Shown here piece after piece: positions 1 to 9,269 of a stretch of DNA of 53,011 nt. The DNA lies in the IMG/VR virus record IMGVR_UViG_3300011994_000001, positions 1 through 53,011 of that record; one strand, written 5' to 3'. Source of the DNA: a virus. Taxonomy: Duplodnaviria > Caudoviricetes. Under the pieces are notes generated by a model that was given only the letters and a program-made list of their open reading frames with translations, was not told the DNA's origin and searched no databases. Position 1 is the stretch's first letter. Every line of letters begins with the position of its first letter. The position numbers and the translations under genes are program-made.

Positions 1-148
1 GGTAAAAAGCTGATCGCCCGCTTGTAGGTTGAACCGAGATTTTAACCGCTCCAGAGACTAGCTTAATAGCCCCATAGGTGGCCCCAGTAGCATCGTCTTT
101 AGTCATAATAGCATATCCAAAGTTGTCTACATTAATGAAGTTACTCAT
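1..148 (-). CDS. Major tail protein, 5' part (continues at the far end of the window)
   Basis: ATG at 148 after AAGGAGG; MSNFINVDNFGYAIMTKDD... reads through the terminal repeat in frame with 52176..52787. Confidence 0.85.
   Translation of the reverse strand, partial: MSNFINVDNFGYAIMTKDDATGATYGAIKLVSGAVKISVQPTSGRSAFY
2..99. repeat. Terminal direct repeat, left copy (assembly circularisation overlap)
   Basis: Bases 2-99 are identical to 52914-53011; position 1 (g) mismatches 52913 (c). Confidence 0.95.
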
Positions 149-163
149 TACGTTCCTCCTTAT

Positions 164-529
164 TTATTGACTTTCAACTATACCGTAAGTTTGTACGTAG
201 TGGTGTACCCCTGTATCGGGTTCGATAAGGTGTTGGAACCCAGCATCGTACCAGTTCCCGTCAGCTCCGAATGCTAGGTCAACAGCTACGTGAGGACTGG
301 ACGTTACGCCTGTGAGAGGGTCAGGACGCTCCCAGATATCGACCTTAATCTGTACTAGGTCTGCGCTTGCTTTTCCGTCAGCGTAGTTACCGTCTGAGTG
401 ATCGACGTCCATAAAGGTTATACAGGGGAACGCCGTTATCGAGTTTGGATAACTATCAAGAACAGGGCAACTATAGGTCACCCCAATAGGGGCTAGTAAG
501 GCGTAAACCTTTGCCATATTATCTATCAT
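164..529 (-). CDS. Tail terminator/tail-completion protein
   Basis: Lies between the HK97 gp10-like gene and the major tail gene; FPCITF...QIKVDIW pattern. Confidence 0.65.
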   Translation of the reverse strand: MIDNMAKVYALLAPIGVTYSCPVLDSYPNSITAFPCITFMDVDHSDGNYADGKASADLVQIKVDIWERPDPLTGVTSSPHVAVDLAFGADGNWYDAGFQHLIEPDTGVHHYVQTYGIVESQ

Positions 530-939
530 CTGGTGACCTCCTTAATATACTGGGCGTAAATAGCCTTTATTTTCTCCCTGTTCTTGACTATAGAATCTGT
601 GATAATCATCAAAGCTTTTGGATTACGAGAGGTCCCGTACTCAAGCCACTTAGCGTAAGGCACAGTAGCAAATACAATAGCGGTATGGGGCTTTGAAGGA
701 TCCATACCCGAGCCGATACTGGCCTTGTATAGTCCTGTGCGCTTCCAAGCAGACTTGCCGTTCTTACCCATTCTCACGGGTATATTGTAGATTCTCTCCA
801 TAGCAAGTTTCTTTGCTTCTCCTTCGCAGAAGATAGCTGACTTGAGGTTACCCTTGTCTACGTTAAGAATAATCTGTTCTGTCTTAGCGTTCATCCTTCG
901 TATCCAGTCATCGACGGCTACTTGGATTTCATCCGACAT
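526..939 (-). CDS. HK97 gp10-family neck protein
   Basis: RTGLYKASI and YAKWLEYGT motifs. Confidence 0.8.
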   Translation of the reverse strand: MSDEIQVAVDDWIRRMNAKTEQIILNVDKGNLKSAIFCEGEAKKLAMERIYNIPVRMGKNGKSAWKRTGLYKASIGSGMDPSKPHTAIVFATVPYAKWLEYGTSRNPKALMIITDSIVKNREKIKAIYAQYIKEVTR

Positions 940-1244
940 CAGATCACCTTCTCAACGTAAACCTCGTTATGGTTAATATAAGGCACTACGCTAGTGACCT
1001 TATAAACTTGAGGTAGCCCGTTAATTTGGAATCTGCTAAGCTCGTCAATACCAAAATCTTTACAAAAGATTATATGGCTAGCGAGGTTTGTAGTTCCTGC
1101 TTCCTCTCTGTTGTAACGAGTTTGAACAGCTTGAAAGTCTCCTTTGATAGTCCTATTAAGGACGTAAGGAACAACAAGCATTCCTTTGGAGTTAGGAGTA
1201 GCTGACGATGGGGCGAATATGGCGATTGAATCCCTCATCTTCAT
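939..1244 (-). CDS. Head-closure (stopper) protein, SPP1 gp16-like
   Basis: Size, synteny and beta-rich pattern ending YKVTSV...HNEVYVE. Confidence 0.55.
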   Translation of the reverse strand: MKMRDSIAIFAPSSATPNSKGMLVVPYVLNRTIKGDFQAVQTRYNREEAGTTNLASHIIFCKDFGIDELSRFQINGLPQVYKVTSVVPYINHNEVYVEKVI

Positions 1245-1245
1245 A

Positions 1246-1839
1246 TTAGAACCTCACCGCCTTATAACGGTCCAGTACTTCGGAGATACTGGCTGGTATA
1301 GCTGACTCCTTCTTTGAGTAGGTATACTGTACTTGCCCCTCGCGTTCTGCATCTACCCCGAGCCTACCTTCACGGCTGTCCTTGTACTCCAAGGACGCTA
1401 GTTTAAGAGAGGCAAGGACTAGATCAGCAGGCATCGTAGCGTACCCAGCGTGGTAGTCTATGGATACGTACGATTCTTCTTGATTGACGTACCGTAACTT
1501 GCCCGCCATAGTAACGTATTGATAATCTAGCATATCCACGTAACCAGGGAATGTCCGATACCCCGAGATACCACTCGTATCGGGTAGCACGCCCCCCACC
1601 TCAGCGTCATATCGGACGATACTCTCAACCGATATGATGGGGTAGTTGTTAGTGAATATCTTATGGTTAGTCAAGTGCTGTTCTCCTACGTAAGCGGTTA
1701 CGTCAAACTTGCGATGGCAATAATTCTCGACCATAGCTTGTATACTACCAACGAGAAGCCCGAGAAATAAGTCATCACTAGTATCAGCAACGGGTATCTG
1801 GAGATAACTTTTGAGATCGTTTAAGGCGAATAAGGGCAT
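1246..1839 (-). CDS. Head-tail adaptor (gp6/gp15-like)
   Basis: LNDLKSYL..D..DD, ENYCHRKF, YHAGY..P.DL, VLDRYK motifs. Confidence 0.8.
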   Translation of the reverse strand: MPLFALNDLKSYLQIPVADTSDDLFLGLLVGSIQAMVENYCHRKFDVTAYVGEQHLTNHKIFTNNYPIISVESIVRYDAEVGGVLPDTSGISGYRTFPGYVDMLDYQYVTMAGKLRYVNQEESYVSIDYHAGYATMPADLVLASLKLASLEYKDSREGRLGVDAEREGQVQYTYSKKESAIPASISEVLDRYKAVRF

Positions 1840-1849
1840 GACCCATCAC

Positions 1850-2014
1850 CTACTCTTCTTCAATTACGAGGGTATCTTCCAGGTCAATTTCGTCAGCAAA
1901 ACCAGCTTCAATAATCTTGTCCGCCATCTTAGCGTTGAAAGTCGCGCATTGACCCTCGTTGTAGGGAGACATCGGTTTGATAAACTTTACGTGCTTTTCA
2001 GTTACTCTAGCCAT
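1850..2014 (-). CDS. Small head-module protein (54 aa, not in ORF track)
   Basis: AGGAGG then ATG; MARVTEKHVKFIKPMSPYNEGQCATFNAKMADKIIEAGFADEIDLEDTLVIEEE; fills the intergenic gap. Confidence 0.6.
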   Translation of the reverse strand: MARVTEKHVKFIKPMSPYNEGQCATFNAKMADKIIEAGFADEIDLEDTLVIEEE

Positions 2015-2038
2015 AATTAATATTCCTCCTTATTTTTA

Positions 2039-2335
2039 TTATACGACAGGATCAGCGACAACTGTCGCAGTATCGACAGGGGCAGGGGCAGGTTCGACGA
2101 CAGCATCTGTCGGGGGTATTTCTACCGCTACGACAGTATCGACAACAGGTGAGCTTGCAGGAGCCTCAGCAGGCACTCCTCCGAGATTAGAGAAGTCGTA
2201 ATCTGCTAAACCCTGTTCAACTAGCTCATCCGCTACAGCGGGGTCTACTTCTACGCAATCCCCAACCTTTAAATCCGACAGCATACCCGTATTCTTCATA
2301 TTGGCGGGGGCTATAATTTTAATTCGCAAAACCAT
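2039..2335 (-). CDS. Hypothetical head-module protein with Pro/Ala/Val-rich tail
   Basis: AGGAGG RBS; co-oriented in the late operon. Confidence 0.6.
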   Translation of the reverse strand: MVLRIKIIAPANMKNTGMLSDLKVGDCVEVDPAVADELVEQGLADYDFSNLGGVPAEAPASSPVVDTVVAVEIPPTDAVVEPAPAPVDTATVVADPVV

Positions 2336-2342
2336 TTCCTCC

Positions 2343-2834
2343 TTACAGCGATCTTAGTTCAACCATTACGGTTACGCCCGAGAGCGAGGTGAGAACCCCC
2401 GCGTCTTTCAAGGCAAGTCTATCTCCAGTAGCAAGAGTAGTGTTTGTAGCTGATCCTAGCGTTGAAGTTACTACTGTGTTAGCAGTACCCTTTAGATTAA
2501 TAGGAGCAGACAGCGTAGATACTCCAGCATCAAGAGCTTGAGTACCCGTTAGTTTCTCGATGTCCAAGGTAACTGCACCTGCATCAGTACCCGATACAGA
2601 ATGAACTTCTCGCACGCTTGCTATCTGCATAGCGAAGGGGGCTATGAAGAAGATACCAAAGTTTGAGGCGGTAGAAGCGTCTGCTCCTGGTACGCTCTCT
2701 CTAATTAGTATCTCCAGACCTACAATCTTACCTCCTGCGATAGTTAGCTGAGAACCTGGACCGTATACTGACTCGTCACCGCCTTGTTTGCGGTACATCC
2801 CTGTATTATAACTTGAGTTCGCTGGCATTGACAT
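2343..2834 (-). CDS. Putative capsid decoration/head fibre protein
   Basis: Directly after the major capsid gene; YNT..YRKQGGD N-terminus; small-residue beta-rich body. Confidence 0.5.
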   Translation of the reverse strand: MSMPANSSYNTGMYRKQGGDESVYGPGSQLTIAGGKIVGLEILIRESVPGADASTASNFGIFFIAPFAMQIASVREVHSVSGTDAGAVTLDIEKLTGTQALDAGVSTLSAPINLKGTANTVVTSTLGSATNTTLATGDRLALKDAGVLTSLSGVTVMVELRSL

Positions 2835-2852
2835 AACCCCCTATAATTTATT

Positions 2853-2876
2853 TAAGGGGGTTATGTCGCCCCCCTT
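2853..2876 (-). terminator. Hairpin after the major capsid gene
   Basis: AAGGGGG...CCCCCTT inverted repeat. Confidence 0.4.
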
Positions 2877-2894
2877 GTACTTACCTATAAGATA

Positions 2895-4019
2895 TTATTT
2901 CAAGAATCCCGTGAGCAGGGAGAAGGAAGCAGGAATGGAAAGTTTTCCGTCGATACGTTCCCACATCTTAACAAGAGCTTCGTGGTTCTTGAAGGCTTGA
3001 TCTGATTGAGTATTGATCTCAGAGCCCATCTCATTCTTGTCGAATAGATAGTAATAGTCGAGGTTACCAAAGGCAATCTCAGAACAAGTGGCCTTGGCGT
3101 TTACAGTCAAGTTCTCAGGGAAGAGAGCGGAGAACTCAATTACAGGGAATCCACCGAAGGTAGAAGGTTTGGAGTTGAGAACTCCGTTGTCTTGGTTATC
3201 TACCCAGAGGTATCGCCCTTGACCGTCTTTCATTTGACGCATTTGGCGAACAGCTCCTGTGTTTACGAAGTAGCAAGCTCCTGCTCTCCAGTTAACGTCG
3301 ATAGAATACGGAAGACCAACGAGATCGTCAGCAATCAATACGTTAGTGGTAGCCGCATTGGCACTAGCTACGGAGTTGATACCAACAGTACCTACAACAC
3401 CCTTGGGTTGGTTAGTTCCAGAACCGACCATGATAGCTTGGTTCTCTGCCTTAACAAAAGCCTTGGCGTATTGTTTGAGCAGGTATCCGTAAAGGTTGAC
3501 TGGGCTATCTGCCAATAGATCGCGAGCAATAGCAGTGTAACCGTCAAGACGGGATACGCTGTAGGTAAGAGAGGAGAACGTTGGAGCAGTAGCGGTAAGA
3601 GGGTTGGTATCCGATACTTCCCAAGTCAAGTTGATACCCGTAGCGCCTACAGGCCAGGTTCCGTTACGATAGGTTACAGGTACAACGGTACAACGATTAC
3701 GGAGAGCTTCTGGATCTGCGATGATCTTGTCGATAATATCGGTATGGAATTCAGTAGGAAGTAACTCAAGACCAGAACCAGCGGTTCCACCAGACAAGTC
3801 TTTAGCAATACCCCCACAGTATTTTTCTACCTCAGCTCTGTTGTTATCCATTTTAGCTACGAAGTAACGCATGGTCTTTTCTTCTTTGGACATATCGCCA
3901 ATAGGCTTTTCTTGGAAGGTGATCTTACGCATAGCCTTTGTTAATCCTTTGGCCTCCAGCATAGCCTCAACCATTTTCTCTGTTACAGCGTCAAACTCTT
4001 CTTTAGTGAAACGTGCCAT
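2895..4019 (-). CDS. Major capsid protein, HK97 fold
   Basis: G.ELLPTEF..DII, AEN.AIM.GSG..QPKG, MKDGQGRYLW, FGNL..YY, ERIDGK motifs. Confidence 0.95.
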   Translation of the reverse strand: MARFTKEEFDAVTEKMVEAMLEAKGLTKAMRKITFQEKPIGDMSKEEKTMRYFVAKMDNNRAEVEKYCGGIAKDLSGGTAGSGLELLPTEFHTDIIDKIIADPEALRNRCTVVPVTYRNGTWPVGATGINLTWEVSDTNPLTATAPTFSSLTYSVSRLDGYTAIARDLLADSPVNLYGYLLKQYAKAFVKAENQAIMVGSGTNQPKGVVGTVGINSVASANAATTNVLIADDLVGLPYSIDVNWRAGACYFVNTGAVRQMRQMKDGQGRYLWVDNQDNGVLNSKPSTFGGFPVIEFSALFPENLTVNAKATCSEIAFGNLDYYYLFDKNEMGSEINTQSDQAFKNHEALVKMWERIDGKLSIPASFSLLTGFLK

Positions 4020-4022
4020 CGA

Positions 4023-4919
4023 TTATTTCGCCCCTTTCATAATAGCTTCGAGTTTTTCCTCGACAGCTTTTTGGATCTGTTCGTCGGTGTATTCCTTACC
4101 TTCGTCACCGTCTGGCTCTTTACCAGGATCAGGTTGATCCCCAGATACCATAGACTTTAGATTTTTAATATGCTCCATCATACCGTCGCAAGCCTTATTG
4201 ATCTTAGCTTGATTACCAGCAGAGATACTAGCTCCCGATTTTGTTTCAGGCTCCGCAGGAGGTTCAACTGGATCGGCTACCTTTGTCGCTAACCCTGTTA
4301 CGAGGTCGCTGAGAGCTTTGATTTCTTCGGAGTAGTCCTTTTGCTCTGGGAATTGAATTGCCTTGATAGCATCCTCAATCGCTTTTGCTACTTCTTTAGG
4401 ATCCATTATCTCACCACTTTCTTTCATTTGGTCGAATAGACCTTTACTGATTTTACCCTCTTCAAACGCTCTTGCTACCGCATTAGGGTTGCATGGTACC
4501 GTCACCAAAGAAAGCTCCAAAAGCTCCCAACTCGTGAAGTCGTACCCGCCCGCCTTATTGGGCGCGCGTTCGAGAGGAATAAACCCGATGCTTGAGGCTT
4601 TCATATAGCCTTCACTGTAGAGATAGAACCATTCTTTTGCGTTATCTGTTTCCGCAAACTGTATCTTAAATACAAGCTGTTTAGCCTGTATGCTAACCCC
4701 GAGAGCTTTGCCGATGACCGTGGACTTCTCGCCCGCCGAATAGTTATGGTTAGCGAGAATGACTGGGTTCTTTAGGTAGTTTTCAAGCTTGACGCCGTCA
4801 ACCTTCATACTATCTCCAGCCCTGTCTATGTCCTCCGTACTACCGATCATTTCAATAATACGGTTGGCTTTGTCAAGGACTTTGACCTCCCAGGTTAGCT
4901 GTTTTTGAATAGGATCCAT
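4023..4919 (-). CDS. HK97-family prohead protease with C-terminal scaffold-like extension
   Basis: STEDIDRAGD, NPVILANH, SSIGF, ELLELSLVTVPCNPNA; charged C-terminal half. Confidence 0.92.
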   Translation of the reverse strand: MDPIQKQLTWEVKVLDKANRIIEMIGSTEDIDRAGDSMKVDGVKLENYLKNPVILANHNYSAGEKSTVIGKALGVSIQAKQLVFKIQFAETDNAKEWFYLYSEGYMKASSIGFIPLERAPNKAGGYDFTSWELLELSLVTVPCNPNAVARAFEEGKISKGLFDQMKESGEIMDPKEVAKAIEDAIKAIQFPEQKDYSEEIKALSDLVTGLATKVADPVEPPAEPETKSGASISAGNQAKINKACDGMMEHIKNLKSMVSGDQPDPGKEPDGDEGKEYTDEQIQKAVEEKLEAIMKGAK

Positions 4920-4923
4920 GGCC

Positions 4924-5076
4924 TCACCCCCCTTTAGTTATTATCTTGTTAGTCCAGCCTACCCTGAGTATACAAGTACCGCGCCAACTAACGCAAGTAC
5001 CGCAGTTGTACACAGGGTCTACGAACTTAAATTTAACCTTGTTAAATTCGTAGTGTGGGCAGTTCCATCCTGCCAT
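4924..5076 (-). CDS. Small Cys-containing hypothetical protein (50 aa)
   Basis: MAGWNCPHY...NCGTCVSWRGTC; fills the portal-protease gap. Confidence 0.4.
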   Translation of the reverse strand: MAGWNCPHYEFNKVKFKFVDPVYNCGTCVSWRGTCILRVGWTNKIITKGG

Positions 5077-5091
5077 ACTCAACCTTCTTTC

Positions 5092-7251
5092 TTAATCTGG
5101 AACGTTGACTTTAGGACTCATACAACAGTGACAATTTACAACTTCTTCGGCTGGTAGCGAGTCATCCCCAGGACAGTCGCAATCGTAACCTCCAACTACA
5201 AAAGGTTCGTCTACCGAAATAGCGTTTTCCTCTGAATAATCTTCTCCCGCTTGGATATGAGTCTCTCTTGGTTTGAATCCAGAACCTCCGCCAGAGTGTA
5301 GCCAGTACTTACCGTCGATAAGGTCTGAGTTTTGACGATACGTTTCCGAGGTAGCTTGATTAAGCGACGATAAAACCTCTGTTTGAGCTATCATTCTAGC
5401 CCTAACTTCGTCAAATAAATCTCCGAGCATAGAGGTTACATCGGCAATAGTAAACGTCCTACCATCGTTGTACTCCTCTGAGTCATAGGCTTCTTGAATG
5501 AGGTCTTTGACCCGTTGTCGGGTAGTCTCGTTAACATTCGCGATCTTGTTAACTTTACTCTGGATCTTCTTCTGTACCACAGGGTGTTTGAAGTCGAACT
5601 TGATTCCCGTATCCTTATGGATATAGTTACCAATACTCTTGAACTCGTTTACTACCGCTTTACCACCCGTCATAAACGCTTTGTTATATACGGGCGTCAG
5701 TATCTTTTTGAGTTCAGCATCCCAGTCCTTAGGATTGAGAGGGTCTTTACTACCTTGGCTTGCCTTCTCCGCTACCGCTTTGAGTTGCTTATCGAAGTAA
5801 CCGTGGAGCGTTGAAGAGAACTCTTTTACTAAGGGCTCGCCAAGCTTAATAAAATTTTCAGCCCGCTTACTATCTCCTTTAGCGATACCACGTGCAATCT
5901 TCTTCCTAGTAACTCTGTCTAGACCGAGCGTAAGACCTTCAGGCAGGGCTTTATTCGGTTGAGGCTCTTCGGGGGTAAGATTATCCCCGCCCGTCTCATC
6001 CGACACGTTAGAACCGTCATTTTGAGGCGTTGGACTAGGGGGTGCCGTCCCTATAGGCTGTAACGAGGTAGCTTGATATATGGTATCTCCCTCGGGTATG
6101 GGTTTCAACTGCATACCTAGCATCTTGCTTATGATCTCCCGACCTTCGTTAACAGTTAATGTCTTGTTAACTTGAGTATCTAGGACCGCTTTGATAAAGT
6201 CCTTGTTCTCAGGTACGTTATCTGTAAACCTGAGTTCAATGTCTTCTCCGAACATCTGGACAAACTCATTATTAAGCTTGTCTTGAATCATCTTTAGTCG
6301 GGGCTTAATTACGTGGGCTTGGAATACATACTCTGCAGTCTCAGCGTTAGCCCGAGATACATCGTCCGTCAATCCCAATATCGACTTATGAATTCCGAAG
6401 GTCCCCAGGATTTCATCCCTGTTCTGCTGGCGTAAGTTAAAAAAGTCCATATCCTTTTGACTAATCTGGATAGGCGTGTAGGTTACTCCTTCACCCCTAA
6501 CCATAGCAGTCTTCCTAGCGTTGGCTACTCCCTTATGCCTATCCTCCCACGCTTCCTTTAAGCGGTCAAAGTCATCATCGCCAACTTCTGGTAGAGTCAA
6601 TATACCCTGAGGTTCTGCATTATTGTAGAAGAAATTACGATTCCACTCGGCAGAATACTTGTCCGATTCTAGGGCGTTTGCAGATGCTTGAGTCGGTCCA
6701 ACTCCTCCGTACGGATTAAGGAAGTCAGGCATTTGAAAGTAGATAACCTCGTTAGGTTCAAGAGGTATCTGCTCCAGCCCCGCTCTGTAGATATAGCCCT
6801 TGATAAAGTCCTCCTTATCAGGGATAACCCACATATCCATAGGGTTTACAACCCACATTTCCTTTACCCTGCCTACTCCGTCTTTGGATAGATACAAGTA
6901 CGCTTTGCCGGTTAGGTCAAGAAAGCCCGAGATTCTCAAGAGCATCTCATACTTACTAAGATATGGGTTTGGATGATTCAGTACATTAAGAGCAAGACTA
7001 TTCTCAATAACCTTCTCGCCCTTATATGCTTTCCACTCGCTATCTCCCACGTTCTGACTTATCTTGGATACGCAAGCGAACAACCAACCTATCTGACCAT
7101 ACGATCTCAGGTAGTCTCCAGTACCCATAGCAGGAGGAATATGGATAACTTGGGAATAGTACCCGCCGAACTTCTTCTTGACGCTACTAACAGCCTGATT
7201 AACTGCAGAGACTACTTTGTTCCTACTAAATAAACCCAATAGTGTTTTCAC
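5092..7251 (-). CDS. Portal protein fused to MuF/SPP1 gp7-like head morphogenesis domain
   Basis: N-terminal ~400 aa portal (LFACVSKIS, LNHPNPY, DMDF...RDEILGTFGI, SRANAE, LTVNEGR); C-terminal RARMIAQTE...K.W...R.TH...CPGD..LPAEEVVNCHC. Confidence 0.9.
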   Translation of the reverse strand: MKTLLGLFSRNKVVSAVNQAVSSVKKKFGGYYSQVIHIPPAMGTGDYLRSYGQIGWLFACVSKISQNVGDSEWKAYKGEKVIENSLALNVLNHPNPYLSKYEMLLRISGFLDLTGKAYLYLSKDGVGRVKEMWVVNPMDMWVIPDKEDFIKGYIYRAGLEQIPLEPNEVIYFQMPDFLNPYGGVGPTQASANALESDKYSAEWNRNFFYNNAEPQGILTLPEVGDDDFDRLKEAWEDRHKGVANARKTAMVRGEGVTYTPIQISQKDMDFFNLRQQNRDEILGTFGIHKSILGLTDDVSRANAETAEYVFQAHVIKPRLKMIQDKLNNEFVQMFGEDIELRFTDNVPENKDFIKAVLDTQVNKTLTVNEGREIISKMLGMQLKPIPEGDTIYQATSLQPIGTAPPSPTPQNDGSNVSDETGGDNLTPEEPQPNKALPEGLTLGLDRVTRKKIARGIAKGDSKRAENFIKLGEPLVKEFSSTLHGYFDKQLKAVAEKASQGSKDPLNPKDWDAELKKILTPVYNKAFMTGGKAVVNEFKSIGNYIHKDTGIKFDFKHPVVQKKIQSKVNKIANVNETTRQRVKDLIQEAYDSEEYNDGRTFTIADVTSMLGDLFDEVRARMIAQTEVLSSLNQATSETYRQNSDLIDGKYWLHSGGGSGFKPRETHIQAGEDYSEENAISVDEPFVVGGYDCDCPGDDSLPAEEVVNCHCCMSPKVNVPD

Positions 7252-7293
7252 CTCCTTTCTACAATTATCAAGTTCCCTAGGGACAGATTCTGA

Positions 7294-8511
7294 CTATACC
7301 CTATTAACAGGGAGCGATCTATACCTAGGATTAGTTAGACCTTCATAGAATTCATCGATAGTTTGGAAGTCAAACCCCATAGCTATAGCTGTATTAATGA
7401 GTTCTCTAAAGTTAGCTATTGACCAATCGTTTCCAGTAGGCGTAGCAGTTAAGGTATGGAATAAAAACGATACAGGTATACCAAGTTTCTTAGCGGTTGT
7501 TAAATATCCTCTAGCCGTAGCCATGGTAATGGTACTACCCATACTATAACGCCCCAACCTATAAGGCGTATAAAGCGGAAGATATTGCCGGTTATCTCCT
7601 GCGCGTCCTGTTTTCATACCCGAGGCAGACATAGCTAGATCAGTAGAATCGGTGTATGCCCCCAAAGGATACGCAACATGACTTGACGCTCGAGTGTAGC
7701 CCATTGCGTTAATAGCATCCCTAACTCGTTCTAATTCGGCTTGTGCCGTTGATTGAGACGCGGTAACTCCTGCGTCTAACCAACCAATTGGATAGTTTCC
7801 AACTGCCCAACCTTTGGCGTAAGAATCTGCTAACTGTGCCGTTGTTATTCTACCAGCGACATCAATAGCTTCTGGATATGTGTAAATCGTTCCTTTGATT
7901 CCTTTACTTTGAGCATAAACAACACCTTCTGAATAACCCGTGTCGTATCCTGCATCAAACATTATAAGACACTTGGGTTTTCCAGTATACCCTAATTTAA
8001 TACTTCCAAAAGATATACTAGGCGTTTTACCCGCAGCCCCTGTAAATCTAAGAGCTAACTTGATCATGTTAACATCCCAACTTGTCGCTGTATTAACCCA
8101 GTCTTGAGCTTTTATAGGTATCCTGTTCCAGCCCCGTCTTAGGTTATGAGCACTTACGTTTATTTGCTGGTACATATAACTACCCAACGTGCTACTTGCC
8201 GAGATATAAACCCATATACTGCCGTATTCTACGGGGTCCGTGTGCAGATATACGTCCAAGGCAAAGTTTCTATCCTCGTGAAAGAGCCTAGAGGATATAA
8301 CTTTAGCAATAGACACCGCTCCTCCTGCTACCGAGGGCGTAACCTTTATAGATTGAGCTCCTTCAATTACGTGATCTATATCGGCAATAACCGTACCGTC
8401 ACCCATACCGCCTACGTTTGTTACCCACTCCCCAGTCGTTTGAAAGGATTCAAAAACAGCCCCTTCTTTGGATATATAATTTTGTGGTAATATTCCTCTG
8501 GACATATACAC
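7294..8511 (-). CDS. Polysaccharide deacetylase (CE4/NodB)-like protein with N-terminal beta-sandwich; catalytic motifs degenerate
   Basis: IMFDAG, GIKGT.Y, GWAVGNY, AYPLG and FLFH align to NodB motifs 1-5. Confidence 0.7.
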   Translation of the reverse strand: MYMSRGILPQNYISKEGAVFESFQTTGEWVTNVGGMGDGTVIADIDHVIEGAQSIKVTPSVAGGAVSIAKVISSRLFHEDRNFALDVYLHTDPVEYGSIWVYISASSTLGSYMYQQINVSAHNLRRGWNRIPIKAQDWVNTATSWDVNMIKLALRFTGAAGKTPSISFGSIKLGYTGKPKCLIMFDAGYDTGYSEGVVYAQSKGIKGTIYTYPEAIDVAGRITTAQLADSYAKGWAVGNYPIGWLDAGVTASQSTAQAELERVRDAINAMGYTRASSHVAYPLGAYTDSTDLAMSASGMKTGRAGDNRQYLPLYTPYRLGRYSMGSTITMATARGYLTTAKKLGIPVSFLFHTLTATPTGNDWSIANFRELINTAIAMGFDFQTIDEFYEGLTNPRYRSLPVNRV

Positions 8512-8517
8512 AGCTCC

Positions 8518-9009
8518 TTAATTAAACGGTACAACTCTAACTGTTAACGTACCGTCCGTTGTTCTTGTAGCGAGTAATTTAAGGAAATTTACACCGATAT
8601 TAGGGATAACATAACATAATCCTGCGTTGGTACTTATAGGGGGTATACTTACTACAGCAAACGTACCCGCGTCAACCTGTTTGTTAATAGTCCCAAACGT
8701 ACCTCCAGACAAGGCACTTCCCGTAAGGGCCAGAGCAAAGTTTCCAGATGTAAAAGCTGAACCCTCTAAATATAGGGCAACGTGTTTGAATCCGCTAGCT
8801 CCTATTGGTATCTCAGCAGAAGTTGTTGTTGCAACTATTGCGTCAAGAGCTACAGTCATACCGCCATTTGTCATCTTACCTACGTCGATAGAATCCAAAT
8901 CTTTTAGTAAAGGGGTTACCATATTTGTAAAAGCATACGTGTTAGGCATAGGTTTTCCATCCGAAGAATTGATAGCCGTACTTACTTGATAACCGTCTGT
9001 AGACATCAT
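8518..9009 (-). CDS. Hypothetical, probably virion-associated beta-rich protein
   Basis: GGAGG RBS; Thr/Ala/Gly-rich; adjacent to the deacetylase-like gene. Confidence 0.55.
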   Translation of the reverse strand: MMSTDGYQVSTAINSSDGKPMPNTYAFTNMVTPLLKDLDSIDVGKMTNGGMTVALDAIVATTTSAEIPIGASGFKHVALYLEGSAFTSGNFALALTGSALSGGTFGTINKQVDAGTFAVVSIPPISTNAGLCYVIPNIGVNFLKLLATRTTDGTLTVRVVPFN

Positions 9010-9024
9010 ACCATACTACCTCCT

Positions 9025-9111
9025 TTATTTATCCAGCATATTGAATAGATACCATCCCGTAATAGCGATTACAATTAATATAACAATAACTTCAAACAAT
9101 GCCGTAGTCAC
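9025..9111 (-). CDS. Possible single-pass membrane micro-protein (28 aa)
   Basis: GTG overlaps the upstream TGA; MTTALFEVIVILIVIAITGWYLFNMLDK. Confidence 0.35.
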   Translation of the reverse strand: MTTALFEVIVILIVIAITGWYLFNMLDK

Positions 9112-9269
9112 CTTCCGTTGCTACCTGTTAAGTCACGGTACTCTCTTAACCATTCCTCGTTAATAGGTAGTCCAGCTTGAGTATAATCTGATATAGCTCT
9201 TGCTAGGTCTTTCAGTCTCTTCTCAATCCAGAGCCGTCTAGGCATAACTCCAATAGGGGGCTTAATCAA
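9108..9269 (-). CDS. Small phage hypothetical protein (53 aa)
   Basis: TTGA coupling to terL; KPPIGVMPRRLWIEKRLKDLARAISDY...EEW..EY, a pattern I recognise from Firmicutes phages. Confidence 0.55.
   Translation of the reverse strand: MIKPPIGVMPRRLWIEKRLKDLARAISDYTQAGLPINEEWLREYRDLTGSNGR

Noticed and set aside
2-99. Biological terminal repeat or att site
   Set aside because: About 99-nt overlap inside a coding gene, typical of assembler k-mer circularisation.
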